DNA of 64,000 nt, from NCBI RefSeq assembly GCF_004010195.1, contig NC_057719.1:64133962-64197961 (forward strand). Reading direction: 5' to 3'. Both the position numbers and the translations under genes were made by a program. This DNA is from Chiloscyllium plagiosum (lineage: Eukaryota). Below the pieces are notes generated by a model. That model saw nothing but the letters and a program-made list of their open reading frames with translations. It was not told where the DNA came from and did no database searches. Position 1 is the first letter of the stretch. Every line of letters starts with the position of its first letter. Of this stretch, positions 39,459 through 51,766 are shown one piece after another.

Positions 39459-41344
39459 CTGTTAGATAATCACAAGTGCAAACATTGAGTCCATGTGATC
39501 AGGGATAAAAACATCACATTTGTAAAGTTTATCTTGTTTTATGACTCACTTTCTCCTTGTACTCCTGATTGAAGCAGCAAGTTACGTTAGATTATTAAGC
39601 CAAAATTGCAAACAATTCTTAGGTACCTCACCTAAGCAACAATACATATGCAATTCTTGATAGAGATGTCAGCAGGTGTTTAACTGTGATATACTTCAAC
39701 CATAATGATCTAGATCGCACATGCCAGGTATCCTTTTAACTGCTCTTGGAGATGGTGAAAATCCTGACAAAATGTTTCTTTCCCATCGTGTCAGTTATAG
39801 CTCATATATATTCTTTAGTATTTAAGTTACGGCTGTAAGGTGTAAAACTGAAAATGACCTGTTTCCATGATACCAGAAAATCATCAGCTAGGTATTCAGC
39901 ATTCTAATGGTGTGACTCCAGAATCAAAATGGAAGAAAATTCCTATTTGAAAGTAACCATAGAATGATGCAGCAGGGAAGGAAGTCATTCAGTCCATCAT
40001 GCTGAACTCAGGTCTAAACTTATTTTCTTCATTTATCAATTTCCTTTCAAAAGATTTTTATTGTATCCAGCCATTGAGGCAGCACATTGCAAACATCTCA
40101 TCTCACTGCATGAATTTCTCTGTCACCTTATGAATTGTTTTCCAATCACCTTTAGGTCTGTGTTACCAGATCACCTGGGAAGGTGTATGATTTTAACCAC
40201 ATTCATTAGTAAAAATTACCAAAATACCATTATAGGCACCTTCATCACCCCCACTTGAAAATAATGAACATAAGACAACAAAGAAAGGGAGGTGGAATTT
40301 CAATAGTGGTTTGAGCATCTGAAACAAGCTTGACACACACTTTTTGGGAAAATGTTTCTCATGGAAAAAGAAGCAACACTTCTAGAAATTTATGTTGAAT
40401 ACTAAAACTTAATTCATGTGTACTAAAAAGAAACACTTGTCTTCACATGTTCATTAATGTGCTTTGTAACCAATAGAATGACTTTTAAATTGCAACTAGC
40501 CAATATGCGTATTGCACGATCACAAAATTGGAGAGATGACTAAATAATCTTCTTTGGTAACATTAGCTAATAAATATGGTCTAGAAAATGGGAGATGGGC
40601 CTTGCTCTTCTACCAGTAATGCTGTGGCATCTTTTATATTCACCTCATATTAGGCAGAGGTCTAAGTTATCCGAAGATACTATTGCTGTAGAGGTAGAAA
40701 GTAAATGCCTAAATTTTATAATTCTTTCTTTGAATGGTTAAACTGAACATTATTCAAACTGGGTTGTTCAGGTCAGTTCCAAAGGATGTAGTTTCAGCTG
40801 AAAAAATAGGAAATTAATAGGTCATAGGTTTCCTAATTTTTAAAAATTTATGTAGAAGCAGGAGATGAATAGAAAGAAAACTTTGTGGGTGGTGCATAAG
40901 GGAGTTAGAAGGAGTTTCCATTATAACAAAGTTCAGTGCTCTCATTGGAAAAGGATTTTTACATGCCGGAATAATTAGCACCCCACTGCCACAAGATAGA
41001 ATCAATAAGTGAAAGTATCAGAATATAATTTTCAGATGAGGAGCAACTTATCTATCTCCTTGCTACTTTTTTTTCCCCAGAAGTTGCAGCATTTTGAGAC
41101 CGAGTCAATGAAGTTCTTATTTCTGGACACCTCAACCATAAATTCCTCATTATGTTGAAGGCACATCACCTGCTACCACTAAATGTTTCATCTAAGCTCA
41201 TTCAGAAAGGCTTTATGGCCTGAATTCTGTTGCAAAATTGCAACTGCATGGAGGGAATTGCAACGCCATAGGATCCTTAGTTATAAATAAATCATGTGGA
41301 AGCAGGAGCTGAACATAAAAGAAAGTTTGGAGGTTTTGCATAAG

Positions 41345-41870
41345 GGAATTGCAGATGACACCATTTGACTAATGGTGCTCCACATGTAGTTAGGAATATG
41401 ATGGAATACTCTCCACTTGCCTGGATGAGGGCAGCTCTAATTCAACAGGGCCAACAACATCCAGAGCAAAGCAGAGCACATGATTTGTGCTCTATCCACA
41501 ATCTTAAACATTCACTCCCTCTACCACCCACACACAATGACAGTAGTGTGGTATGTAGCAGCAAAACTGCCAAGGATACTTAAACAGCAGCGTATAGAAC
41601 CTCGACCACCTGGAGATACAAGGACAGCAGACAAGATCGTCTAGAAGTTCCCCTCCATGTCACATAACACCCTGACTTGAAACTATTTTTTTCACTGTTA
41701 CTAAGTCAAAATCTGGAACACTCAAATATTGCAATAGCTGCACCTGCACCATATGGAGTTCAGGAAGGCAGTTCATCAATACCCGCTCAAGGGCAAATAG
41801 GAATAGGCTTTCAGCGCTGGTCTGGCAACAACATCCATACCTGAAGAATGGATTCATAAAGTGGATGTTT
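41345..41870 (+). mobile_element. Old CR1-clade LINE 3' fragment
   Basis: VRNMMEYSPLAW..A motif. Confidence 0.6.
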
Positions 41871-44264
41871 AGGAAAATATTGCAGTACTGAAAAATCCTC
41901 CAGCAGAGCAACAGATGTGAGCTGGCCTCATGCTAATGTTTGCTTTCCATTCTGTTGAATTTTTCAAGTACAGTACTTGCAACATTTGCCATATTTGGCC
42001 TCTCAGCTGCAGATTTATAACCTGTTAATAATAAGTGATTACTTAACGACTTTCTGCATTAAGGTATTTTTATAAAAATGTAACATTCAATTCCTTAAAT
42101 TAAACAAGGGATGCCTGACAGACTTCCTCTGCTCTTTTTAAAGATCATTAAGATGTTTGATTTTGTGGCAATGTAGATTGGTTAAAACAATCACTTGAGC
42201 CAATTGTTTACTGTCATTGCTTGTTGGTATCCTGGGATATGATGTGACAGCTTGCATGTGATCCTCAATAATAAGATCCTCAAAATGGCAAGATTTCCAG
42301 ACTTTTATGTGAAATGAGAGCACTTTAAATTGTGTTTAATACTTTAAACAACATGCCCTTATTGATGGAACATGCCAGGGTCCCTTGTTCTGTCCATCCT
42401 GTACTGAGAGGTGACACGAGACAGAAATAAACACAGAAACAGTTGGCAAATCTGTCCTTATGCAGATAAAGTTCATTGTATAAAGAGGAGGTTAGTTTAA
42501 AAAAATTATATTTGGAACATTAAAAAAAATACTGTGTTTGTCTCTGTTTGGGATGTGAAAGAATTGATTACTGAATAGATTAAATCTGAGGAAGAATGTT
42601 TAGATTTGAATGTAATTGAGGGTTGAGACTGAAACATTGAGACATTACACTTTCATCTAAACAGTGTCATATTTAATTTCTACTTCTGGTCTAATTATCT
42701 TGATCTAGGGGAGAATACATTGGCTTCCAATTGACATCAACTGCCTTGCAAAACCAGAACAAAATTTCTAAAAAGTATTTAATGTTCATACTGAAGTTGA
42801 TAGAAACCATACCTGTACTGTTTCAAGTAATGTTTAATTCAGTGACCCGAAAGAAAATAAAACATCCTTAACTAGACTGAGTTAGTTGAACTCAGGCAAG
42901 GGGGTGTTAATGCTGCTAAAATAAGCCTCAGTAATAAGAAAAATAACCCAGGGCTCCCACTACTGAGCATTATTAAGCCACTGCCAGATGGAAAATCATG
43001 TATTGGGTGTCAGCTGGGAATAGAATCTATTTCAGTTTTGTTAACTATTTATATCATCTAAACAATACCTAATTTAACAAGCTACCAAAACCATAACTAT
43101 GGAATTATGTCACAGTAAAAGGGGCATGGGGTATTGATGTGTTGTCTGATCAGTAACTTTTAAAAGAAATACTTTGAAAATGAAAGTTGAGTAATGTGAT
43201 AAACTACATTAAGTTAACATTTCATCCCTTTATTTTCCCCCAAAGTACCAGGTTTCTTTACTGCTAAGGTCTCATGTTGTTGTTTTGAAATGCTTGAACA
43301 ACTAAATAGCACTATAAAAGGTATTACTCCTTCCTGTTGACCAACAAATCCAACTATAAATGTAGAGACTTGAGGTCTTTGTTTATCTCCAACTGTACTC
43401 CACTGCCTTCATTTTTATTTAATGTAAACAATTTTAACCTTAGCCACTACAATATATAAGACAGATAAGAGAAAGTGCCTGTACTTGTTATGTGTATGTG
43501 GGCTCAAAAGATGAATGCAACCTTTTTCTCTTAAAATGTTGGTACACGTACATAACCTGTGAGAATTTGGGCTGCTGACCATTGTTGTAGATAAGAAATA
43601 AAGGATTCATATGTTTTTGATTAAAGATGAACCACCAGTATATAAATAGTTCATGATTAAGTCTTGGGAATGTTTGCTTTCTTGTGCTGAACTATCCTTT
43701 TCCCCAGAGCCATGAGAAAGTAAACTGTGACATGTTTACTAAAGAATCAGGAATGCTAATTCTTCCTGTGCCAAGAACTCCAATCTCACATGTAAATACT
43801 GCCTCCTCTTAAGATTTTTTCAATTTATTATTGCTTATTTTTTTACAATTTATTACTTCTCTGTAAACTCCATACTTTTTTTACTACCTTAGTTTCTCCT
43901 TTTCTACTGGACTGGTTTACTCTCTCACTCTGTTTGCGAATGCTATATTTTCAACGTCATGCATAACCAGGTCTTTCCTTCAGTGACCACCCGACTTTCT
44001 CATTTCTATCAACAACTGCTTTTCCCATCAGTCATGCTCCTCTAGAGTTAATGTCATAAGGTGCATCTAAAACTATCAACCACCTTCCCTTTCTATCTCA
44101 TCCAATGAGATCTTGCTGAGGAGGCTTTCCTCACCCATGGTCCAGTTTGGGGATCACATGAACTGAAGTAGCTGAGTTGTCTTCAAGCTGTTTTGTCATT
44201 CAATGAGACCACAATGTGACCTAACTCCACATACTCACCATTGCCCCATCATTGCTCAGACCAT

Positions 44265-44835
44265 TGGAGTTGGGTCATCATGTTGAGGTTGTACAGGATG
44301 TTGGTGAGGCTATTTTTGGAGTACTATGTGCAGTTTTGGTCTGCCCTGCTATTGGAAGGATATTATTAGATTGGAGAGGGTGCAGAAAAGATCTACAAGG
44401 ATGTTAATGGGATTGGAGCACTTAAGTTATAAGGAGGCTAGATAGGCTGGGATGTTTTTTTCACTGGAGCGTAAGAGGTTGCAGGGTGACATTAGAGGTT
44501 TATGAAATCATGAGGTGAATAGCAACGGTCTTTCCACTAAGGTGGGCAGGTTCAAAATTAGGAGGAATATTCTTTAAGTGAGAAAAAGATTTTAAAAGGC
44601 ACCTGAGGGGCAATTTTTTCACACAGGGGGTGTTTCGTATGTGAAATGAACTCCCAGAGGAAGTGGTAGATGTAGGTATGGTCACAACATTTAAAAGACT
44701 TTTGGTCAGGTACATGAATAGGAAATGTTTAGAGGGATATGGCCCAATTCGGGCAAGTGGGGCTAGTTTAATTTGGGAAACTTGGTCAGAATGGACGAGT
44801 TGGACCAAAGGGTCTGTTTCCATCCTCTACGACTT
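44265..44835 (+). mobile_element. CR1 3' fragment
   Basis: MLRLYRMLVRLFLEYYVQFW and NELPEEVV remnants. Confidence 0.85.
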
Positions 44836-45089
44836 TTGTTAAAATTAAAGACTGATTGATTGAGAATAAAATGCTGTTTTAAAGACAAATTCAAAACTTT
44901 TACTTTTCTGTGTATATGTTTTCCTAAAATCATTCCAGTAAAGGTTGACTCCGATTTGTAGAATATGACTGCTAGTCCCAGAGTCAGAGCCAGCCTATCA
45001 GTTCCTTAATGTCTTGATTTAAAATTGCTTCTTAGCTGTAAATTACAAGCAGTATACTGTTTGTGTAAATTTGGAGCTCAGGTGTTGTT

Positions 45090-46150
45090 TGGTAAACCTA
45101 TGCTATACTCTCTCCAAGGCCACATGTCCTTACTCTAGTGTGCTCTAACTAGAGTTTTTTTTATGTGGCTGAGTCATGACTTCTATCCCTTGTATTCAAA
45201 CCCTTGAGATATACAGGCCAACATTCTTTTACTCTTTTTGTTTTTTATTTGTAGCTGTTCAGGGAATTTTATAAATCTTTGTTCATGGGAAGCATAAAAG
45301 TCTCTCTGGACTTCATATATTTTGAGATTTTCACCATTTAGAAGATGTCTATCCTTTTTAGATACAAAGGAGATCAGCACACACTTACCCATTATGGAAT
45401 CCCTTTGCCACAGTTTTACCCATTTATTAAATCTTTCAACATCTCAATAATGTTATGCTTCCATCACATTGTTTAATATGTGGCTCTATCTTCATCATGT
45501 AAGAGATAAATCAATATGGTGAACAATTGAGGCCTCATCTTTGTGAACCCCATTAGTCACATTCTTCAAATCATCCCTGCTCTGTTCCCAGCTAATAATT
45601 TATTAGCTTCAAGTTTTAATCAGATCTCTTCTGAGTGACTTTATCACACAACTTATATAAGTACATTTAGCTGACATAACATGCACAAGCATTCCCCTGT
45701 ACTCTAATTTAGTCACAGTTATGAAAGAAGTTTAATGAACTTCATCAAACATGATCTGTTCCTGACAAGTGCATGCAGGTTTTCTGATTAGTTTAAAATG
45801 TCCTAGCTACTCAGTCATTCTATCCTTAATTATATCCTGACAACATTTAACTGGGATTAATTACCTGGTTTCCCCATTACCTTCCTCAAATAGCAGAATG
45901 ATGTTAAATTTCCCAAATTCAAGAAACAGTTCCTGAATCAAATAAACATCAGAAGATGACAATGTATCAACAAGGTTCTTATGTACTTCCTAAAAAACCC
46001 ATCTGTTCTTGGGATGGGACACTCCTTTTCTTTATTTCTGTAATTTTGCTTGCATCAATTATATTGAGTTCCTTTTCTTTTTATTCTTCCAAATTTCCTG
46101 ACATAGAATTTTCTTCCTCTACTGTAGATATTGATGCAAAATGATTCAAA
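45090..46150 (-). mobile_element. Highly decayed CR1 fragment
   Basis: MLACISQGFEYK and QRD remnants on the - strand. Confidence 0.5.
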
Positions 46151-46239
46151 ATAATTTAACATGTCCAGCACTTCTTTTTGTACTTATAATATTGCCACTA
46201 CATTTTTAAGAGGCCCATAAAGCTCCTGAGCATATAGAT

Positions 46240-46578
46240 ACTGAATAGTCTGGACAGAGTAGATGTTCAAAAGATGATTTTATTGGTATGAGAGACTAGG
46301 TCCTGAAGGCATAGCCTTAGAGTAAAGGAATAGAGAGAAGGAGAAATGTCTTCAACCAGAGGGTGGTGAATCTGTGGAATTCATTGCCACAGAAGGCTGT
46401 GGAGGCCAGGTCATTGAGTATATTTAAGACTGAGATGGACAGGTTCTTGATTATCAAGGGTTACATGGAGAAAGCAGGAGAATGGGGTTGAGAAACTTAT
46501 CAGCCATATTGAATGGCAGGGCAGACTTGATGGGCTCAATGGCCTAACTTCTGCTCCTATGTCTTACAGTCTTATAGT
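46240..46578 (+). mobile_element. CR1 3' fragment
   Basis: QRVVNLWNSLPQKAVEA and a CR1 tail. Confidence 0.85.
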
Positions 46579-47456
46579 CTAACACCAACATTTTTCTAAA
46601 AAGAAACATTGATTGTTACCCCTTGCAAGTTTCTTTTTTTTTGTAATTGTTGCAGTGTGTATACAATTCCAGGATGTTGTACTGTATTGTGATATACCAC
46701 GGACTGGCAATGAACACTAATGAAAGCCTTCTTGAAATAAGAGTTGATAACAAGTGGATTCTGATAGTTTAGGCTCTGTTCCAAACTGTTCCTGAGTGTA
46801 AAGGGCTGCTCAGAACATGATCTGCCTATTACTCACATCGGCTACTGTCTACTTCTGCTTTAATTTATCGAGGAGCACTGTGCTGAAGACCTTGCCAGGT
46901 ACCGACAGCAATGCTATGTCCCTCCAGTGATTTCAATTGTTGAGGTTCCCTTTAGTGGACATGTTGACAATTTCTGTTTATCTCCAGTCATCCAGGACAT
47001 CCTCCAAAGTCCAGATTTACTGAACATGTCTGTGCATTGCATTAATGCAGTGTTCTTGCCTTGGTTCTGAAACTTATTGATACCAGTGTTTTGCTACTCT
47101 TCAGGCTCTTGATGGTTCTGTATACCTCTGATTCGCCAACTTCTCCAAGGTTGACGTCTAGATGATTATACAGGAATTGACTGATAGAAGAAGCAGGTCA
47201 ATGTTCAACTGCTAAGATGTGGTATGGTCATCCAATTCAAATGTGAAGTTAGGGGTGAGATGGTTTAGGATATCCGTAAGTGTTCCATTCATCTTCCTGT
47301 TGCTCCTGAATCATCGATAATGTCTTACTGCCTTAGCCCAACCATATTAAGCCGCTTCATCAATGACCTTCTCTCCATCTTAAGGTCAAAATGGAGATGT
47401 TTGCCGATGCCTGCATAACATTCAGCAGTCTCTAACCTAGGAAGCAACATCTCCAA

Positions 47457-47576
47457 GAGTTGGAGGGATATGGCCGGGTGCTGGCAGGTGGGACTAGAGT
47501 GGGTTGGGATATCTGGTCAGCATGGACGGGTTGGACCGAAGGGTCTGTTTCCATGCTGTACATCTCTATGACTCTA
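47457..47576 (+). mobile_element. CR1 extreme 3' end
   Basis: Same terminus as 4116-4240, ending CTCTATGACTCTA. Confidence 0.8.
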
Positions 47577-48324
47577 TTTGTACGAGTCATCAATGCAGCA
47601 TCTGATCAGTGTGGGAATCCCAACCATCAACATGTCCATGAGGCTGTGACTCTATATGTCTGCTGTCATATGAACAATAACCTATGCCAGTGAGACACAG
47701 AAGTGAACAGTAAAAGGTGTCACATGACTTGGATACCTAACACTAGTATTGCTTACTGAAGTTTTCCATTACACGGAAAAACAATATGTTAACAATATGT
47801 TAGAGAAGTGATTGAAACGAGCAGGACACATATTTATTCTCCTGAACATTATGGCTTGCCGGAATAGTAGTTCAGTGGACATCACCAGATGTGACAACAA
47901 GACTGGGCCAGCCAAAGAAGACCTGACAAAGTACATTTAAAAAGAACTTTAAAGAGCAGAACATCAGAGAGATTTCTATGGACTCAGGTTGGAGGTGGAG
48001 ACTTGCCATCCATTGTCCTGTTGGGACAGAGGACGTAAGTTTAAATAAGTGCATCTATCTTGTCACCTGCTGCTGTTCTCTGGAATGATACTAGAAAATT
48101 CATCTATATTCCTTAATACAATAGCAACAATAATAACAGGTGATATTTTCTCAGAAGATAAGTAGCCCTTGTGAATGGGTAATGGGGCCGTGTAACATTT
48201 TACTGATATTGAGCGTGGCACTGCAACCTCAGCAGCATCTCCACTTAAATGGTGGCCACTGCTTAGGCTGGAGCAAGAGGAGGAACCCCTCTGTGATGAG
48301 ATGTCTTCAAAGTCCGAGTAGGCT

Positions 48325-48488
48325 GGAGGAAGTGAGGACTGCAAATGCTGGAGATCAGAGTTGAATCAAGGTTTCAGCCATAAGCCCTTCATCAGGCATT
48401 CCTCATGAAGCACTTATGCCCAAAACATCAATTATCCTGCTTCCCAGATGCTGCCTGATCTACTGTGCTTTTCCAAAACCACACTCTC
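48325..48488. mobile_element. Degenerate hairpin Penelope-type element
   Basis: AAGTGAGGACTGCAAATGCTGGAGATCAGAG tail and ATAAGCCCTTCATCAGGCATTCCTCATGAAG centre. Confidence 0.7.
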
Positions 48489-49500
48489 ATTTCTTATTAC
48501 AGTGCTAGAGCCCAACAAGCAGGCCTTTGTAATTCGAGAAGAGGTTGGTAGGTGTGTGCATTTTCTATCGAGTATCCGTGAAGAGATGAAGGGAGCACCA
48601 GTGAGGAGAGCCTTCTCTTGGCTGCGTGTCTACAAAAGAGGCTCGACTGCTGAGAGGCTGCCAGATTTTTACACTACTAACTTCCTATGAGACAGCAGTG
48701 CTGGTTAACAAGCTGGGAAAATGTATGTGGATGGAGAAGAGGGCAGAGGTAGCCTATAACTGGCAATTCAGCATTTCACTGCATCACTATCATTCTCAAT
48801 ATGAGAAGGTACTGATTCCCTCCAAATGCATTCTGCTACCATTTTATCAGCCCTTCTACCTCCCAGCCAATTTTCCAATACATGACAAAACCCAGCCCAA
48901 CGTGTGCATCAAATGATAAACTGTTAGAAGTAAAATGCTCATTTTTGCTCCTTAAATGATGACCTCTGACATGCCTCAAAGTTTGTTGCCCTGAAAACAT
49001 TCCTGCTTAGTTCCACTGGGACTGGTGGGGAATTGCAACCAAATGTGGCTGGGTCTCAAATTTAACTTTTGCAGCCAAAGATAAAACCCATTAAGGAGCA
49101 ACTAAAATTATTCACAAAACAGTGAGCAAAGGCTGTGTGTGTAGTGTGTAATGTATTAATGTTCACATCATTTGCATTCCTACTCTCTAACTATGACAGA
49201 CTTCATTCATTATTTACAACACTGTTGTTTTCAGTGCCTTTACTATTCTGTTCCATCAAAAAAGTTTAATATTTAACTGGTTAAACATTTGTTGCATAAA
49301 CCAACTACGTATCCACTCCTTTGTATGGAACTGTGTGATAAGAGAGCACTGCTTCTGGGACTGTAATGATAAACAACCAATGTGTGAGGTGCATACAATA
49401 CTGTTTGTGTTGCAATGCTGAGTTGCAGGGCACCACTAAACAAGAAAATTACCCCGAGTCCAGAGTCGCGTGTGAAAGGAGGTGTCCCAGCTCACTCTAC

Positions 49501-49589
49501 CTGTTGGGATGTGAATGAACCATTCCTGTGATACTCATCTTCATGGATGGTTTCAACCCACTTTTGATCTCCCCCACAAAGGGCTTTGT
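49501..49589 (-). CDS. LGALSL: Galectin-related protein, internal exon
   Basis: ttttacag|TKPFVGEIKSGLKPSMKMSITGMVHSHPN|gtagag; phase 2 fits the next exon. Confidence 0.9.
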
Positions 49590-50062
49590 CTGTAAAATTA
49601 AAACAATGGTGTAAATGAAAGAAACTAGATTAAGCTTCAGTGATATTAAAATACATTTTAACCACTTTAGAAGTTATTTAAGATCTATAAAATGGAAAAA
49701 GCGAATGAAAGCTAAATAAAATAGTCATTTGAAGGGACAACTCTATAGTTATGAATGAACCCACAACATATGCAAAATTGTACCCATATATGCCTTTTCA
49801 TCCCTCAAAATACACTTCATTCATGACACTTGTAAAAGTACATTCTAAACATTTTAAATTGAATATTACAGAAAGCTGAACAGAATTCAACTTTTCTGCA
49901 CATTCCACTTTGAGATGCTGGTTCAGATCTCAAACTCAACACCGACTGTGCTGACTTGACACAACTTTTTCAAATGACCGAGTCTAGGTTTATCTATACA
50001 GTTTATACTCAGCACAATCGAAAGCAGTTTCCAAACTGGCACAAACACGTGTTTGTTTTTAC

Positions 50063-50086
50063 ATCGCGTCCTTGATGATGTTTCTT
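50063..50086 (-). CDS. Possible 24-nt micro-exon of the galectin-related gene
   Basis: tctatttgttttag|KKHHQGRD|gtaaaa, phase 0-0. The donor is weak and the frame works without this exon. Confidence 0.3.
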
Positions 50087-50331
50087 CTAAAACAAATAGA
50101 ACATTTGTACAAGTGGAAATTTAGATTCAGCAGCACAAGCTGCGATCGCTGATCCGAATGCACGTGTAGCAAGTTAACCTAAATGGGTTTTCCATGCTGA
50201 CTTTAACAACAGTAAAAGGCAACAATGTAAAACAGCACGATGATCTAGAGGGAAATATACAATCGTGTCAAAATGATCACATTTTCTGGTCTAAATGTGT
50301 ACTTTTTCAAAAAAAAGCTGTTCAGACTTAC

Positions 50332-50358
50332 AGATGATGAGTTGTCGTTACCCGCCAT
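50332..50358 (-). CDS. LGALSL: Galectin-related protein, first coding exon
   Basis: aaacATGG start, MAGNDNSSS|gtaagt, next to the CpG island; LGALSL also begins MAG with a short phase-0 exon. Confidence 0.8.
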
Positions 50359-50464
50359 GTTTTGTGTAGTTTTTTTTGGTTAATAGATAAGGGTTTGAGG
50401 TTCAGGATGAGTTGCACTAGCTGTAGTGGAGGTGACTGGGTTTTACAGGGTTATCTCCATTTGA

Positions 50465-50815
50465 AAGCCGCTCCGCTCCGAGCCGCGCCTGACTTCTCCA
50501 TCCTCGCTCACTCAGGACAGGCCACCGCTGCCATGGTAACCCAGCGGGGCGGGGCCTACTTCTCTACCCAGCCCAAGCCCCCACCGACCTGTTACCACGG
50601 TAACGCGGACGGACGGACCCGCCCACTTGACTTTGCCCCTTCTTGAGACACCTGCCCCGTCGCCGTGCGCCTGCCCCGCCCCCTCGCCGCACCGTCACCA
50701 CAGTAACACCGCCCTTTCGCCCTCGGTTCGGTCACAATTGTCACCACGCAGGGCGGTCTTAGTCAGCGGTCCCGCCCTCACGCGCATGGTTACCATAGTA
50801 ACACCGCGCGGCCTG
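50465..50815. promoter_or_regulatory. CpG-island promoter with 4 RFX X-boxes and GC boxes
   Basis: The clearest CpG/GC-rich unique segment in the window. X-boxes at 50527-50540, 50591-50604, 50694-50707 and 50789-50802; GGGGCGGGGC at 50546-50555. Confidence 0.85.
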
Positions 50816-51364
50816 TGTTCCATTCTTCGATTTCCCTGAGCTGCTCCAGGACCAGATCAAAATAATCCTGCTGTAACACATCTGTTGCAAACTTCCAAGA
50901 GAAAAAAAATAAATACAAGCATTGCATTTATATTGTACCGTTGGCATAATCACAGAGCGATTTTTAAGTCTAGTCAACATATCGTACTGTAAAAAACGCG
51001 GGAGGTAATTTGCGCTCAACAAACTCCGCGCAATGTGATAATTACTAGATAATCTATTTATGATAATGTTGATTGAGGAGTTAATATTACTTGAGATAAC
51101 TATTGTTTCTCAAAGTAGTGAATTGGGATCGTCTGAGCAGTGAAATAACACAGCTAAAGTTCAAAAATATGCATATCTTTTCATCAAGCGTCTTGTAAGC
51201 TTAAACATGATTTATAATACACCTGTATATTGGCAGTAATGTACTACACACAGGAAACCAATAATGCAGATGCTTTAAGGGGACGCTAGGCAAGCTTATG
51301 AAGATTTTATTTCGTGGCCATTATTTGATTGATTTAAATATTAATTGGGATTTTGTTTATGCAG

Positions 51365-51766
51365 GTGAAAGTGAGGACTGCAGATGCTGGAGATCAGAGC
51401 TGAAAAATGTGTTGCTGGAAAAGCGCAGCAGGTCAGGCAGCATCCAAGGAGCAGGAGAATCGACATTTCGGGCATAAGCCCTTCTTCAGGAACTTATGCC
51501 CGAAACGTCGATTCTCCTGCTCCTTGGATGCTGCCTGACCTGCTGCGTTTTTCCAGCAACACATTTTTCAGCTCTGATCTCCAGCATCTGCAGTCCTCAC
51601 TTCTCCTAGTTGATTTTAACCTACTGCGAATCCTCTTGCAAGGATGCCTTCCTTGAAGAAGCTCTCTTCCTCCATTCCTGAAGAAGGACTTATGCCCGAA
51701 ACATCGATTCTCCTGCTCCTTGGATGCTGCCTGACCTGCTGCGCTTTTCCAGCAACATATTTTTCA
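51365..51766. mobile_element. Three-arm Penelope-type pLTR element (inverted plus tandem) with hammerhead cores
   Basis: 15-bp TSD ATTTTGTTTATGCAG (51350-51364 / 51767-51781); cores at 51462-51489 (-) and 51678-51705 (+). Confidence 0.85.

Noticed and set aside
46880..48050. Possible decayed RTE-like element
   Set aside because: Too degenerate to support by eye.
50362..50839. + strand ORFs across the CpG island
   Set aside because: GC-rich sequence has few stop codons; the ORFs have non-ATG starts and no recognisable protein.
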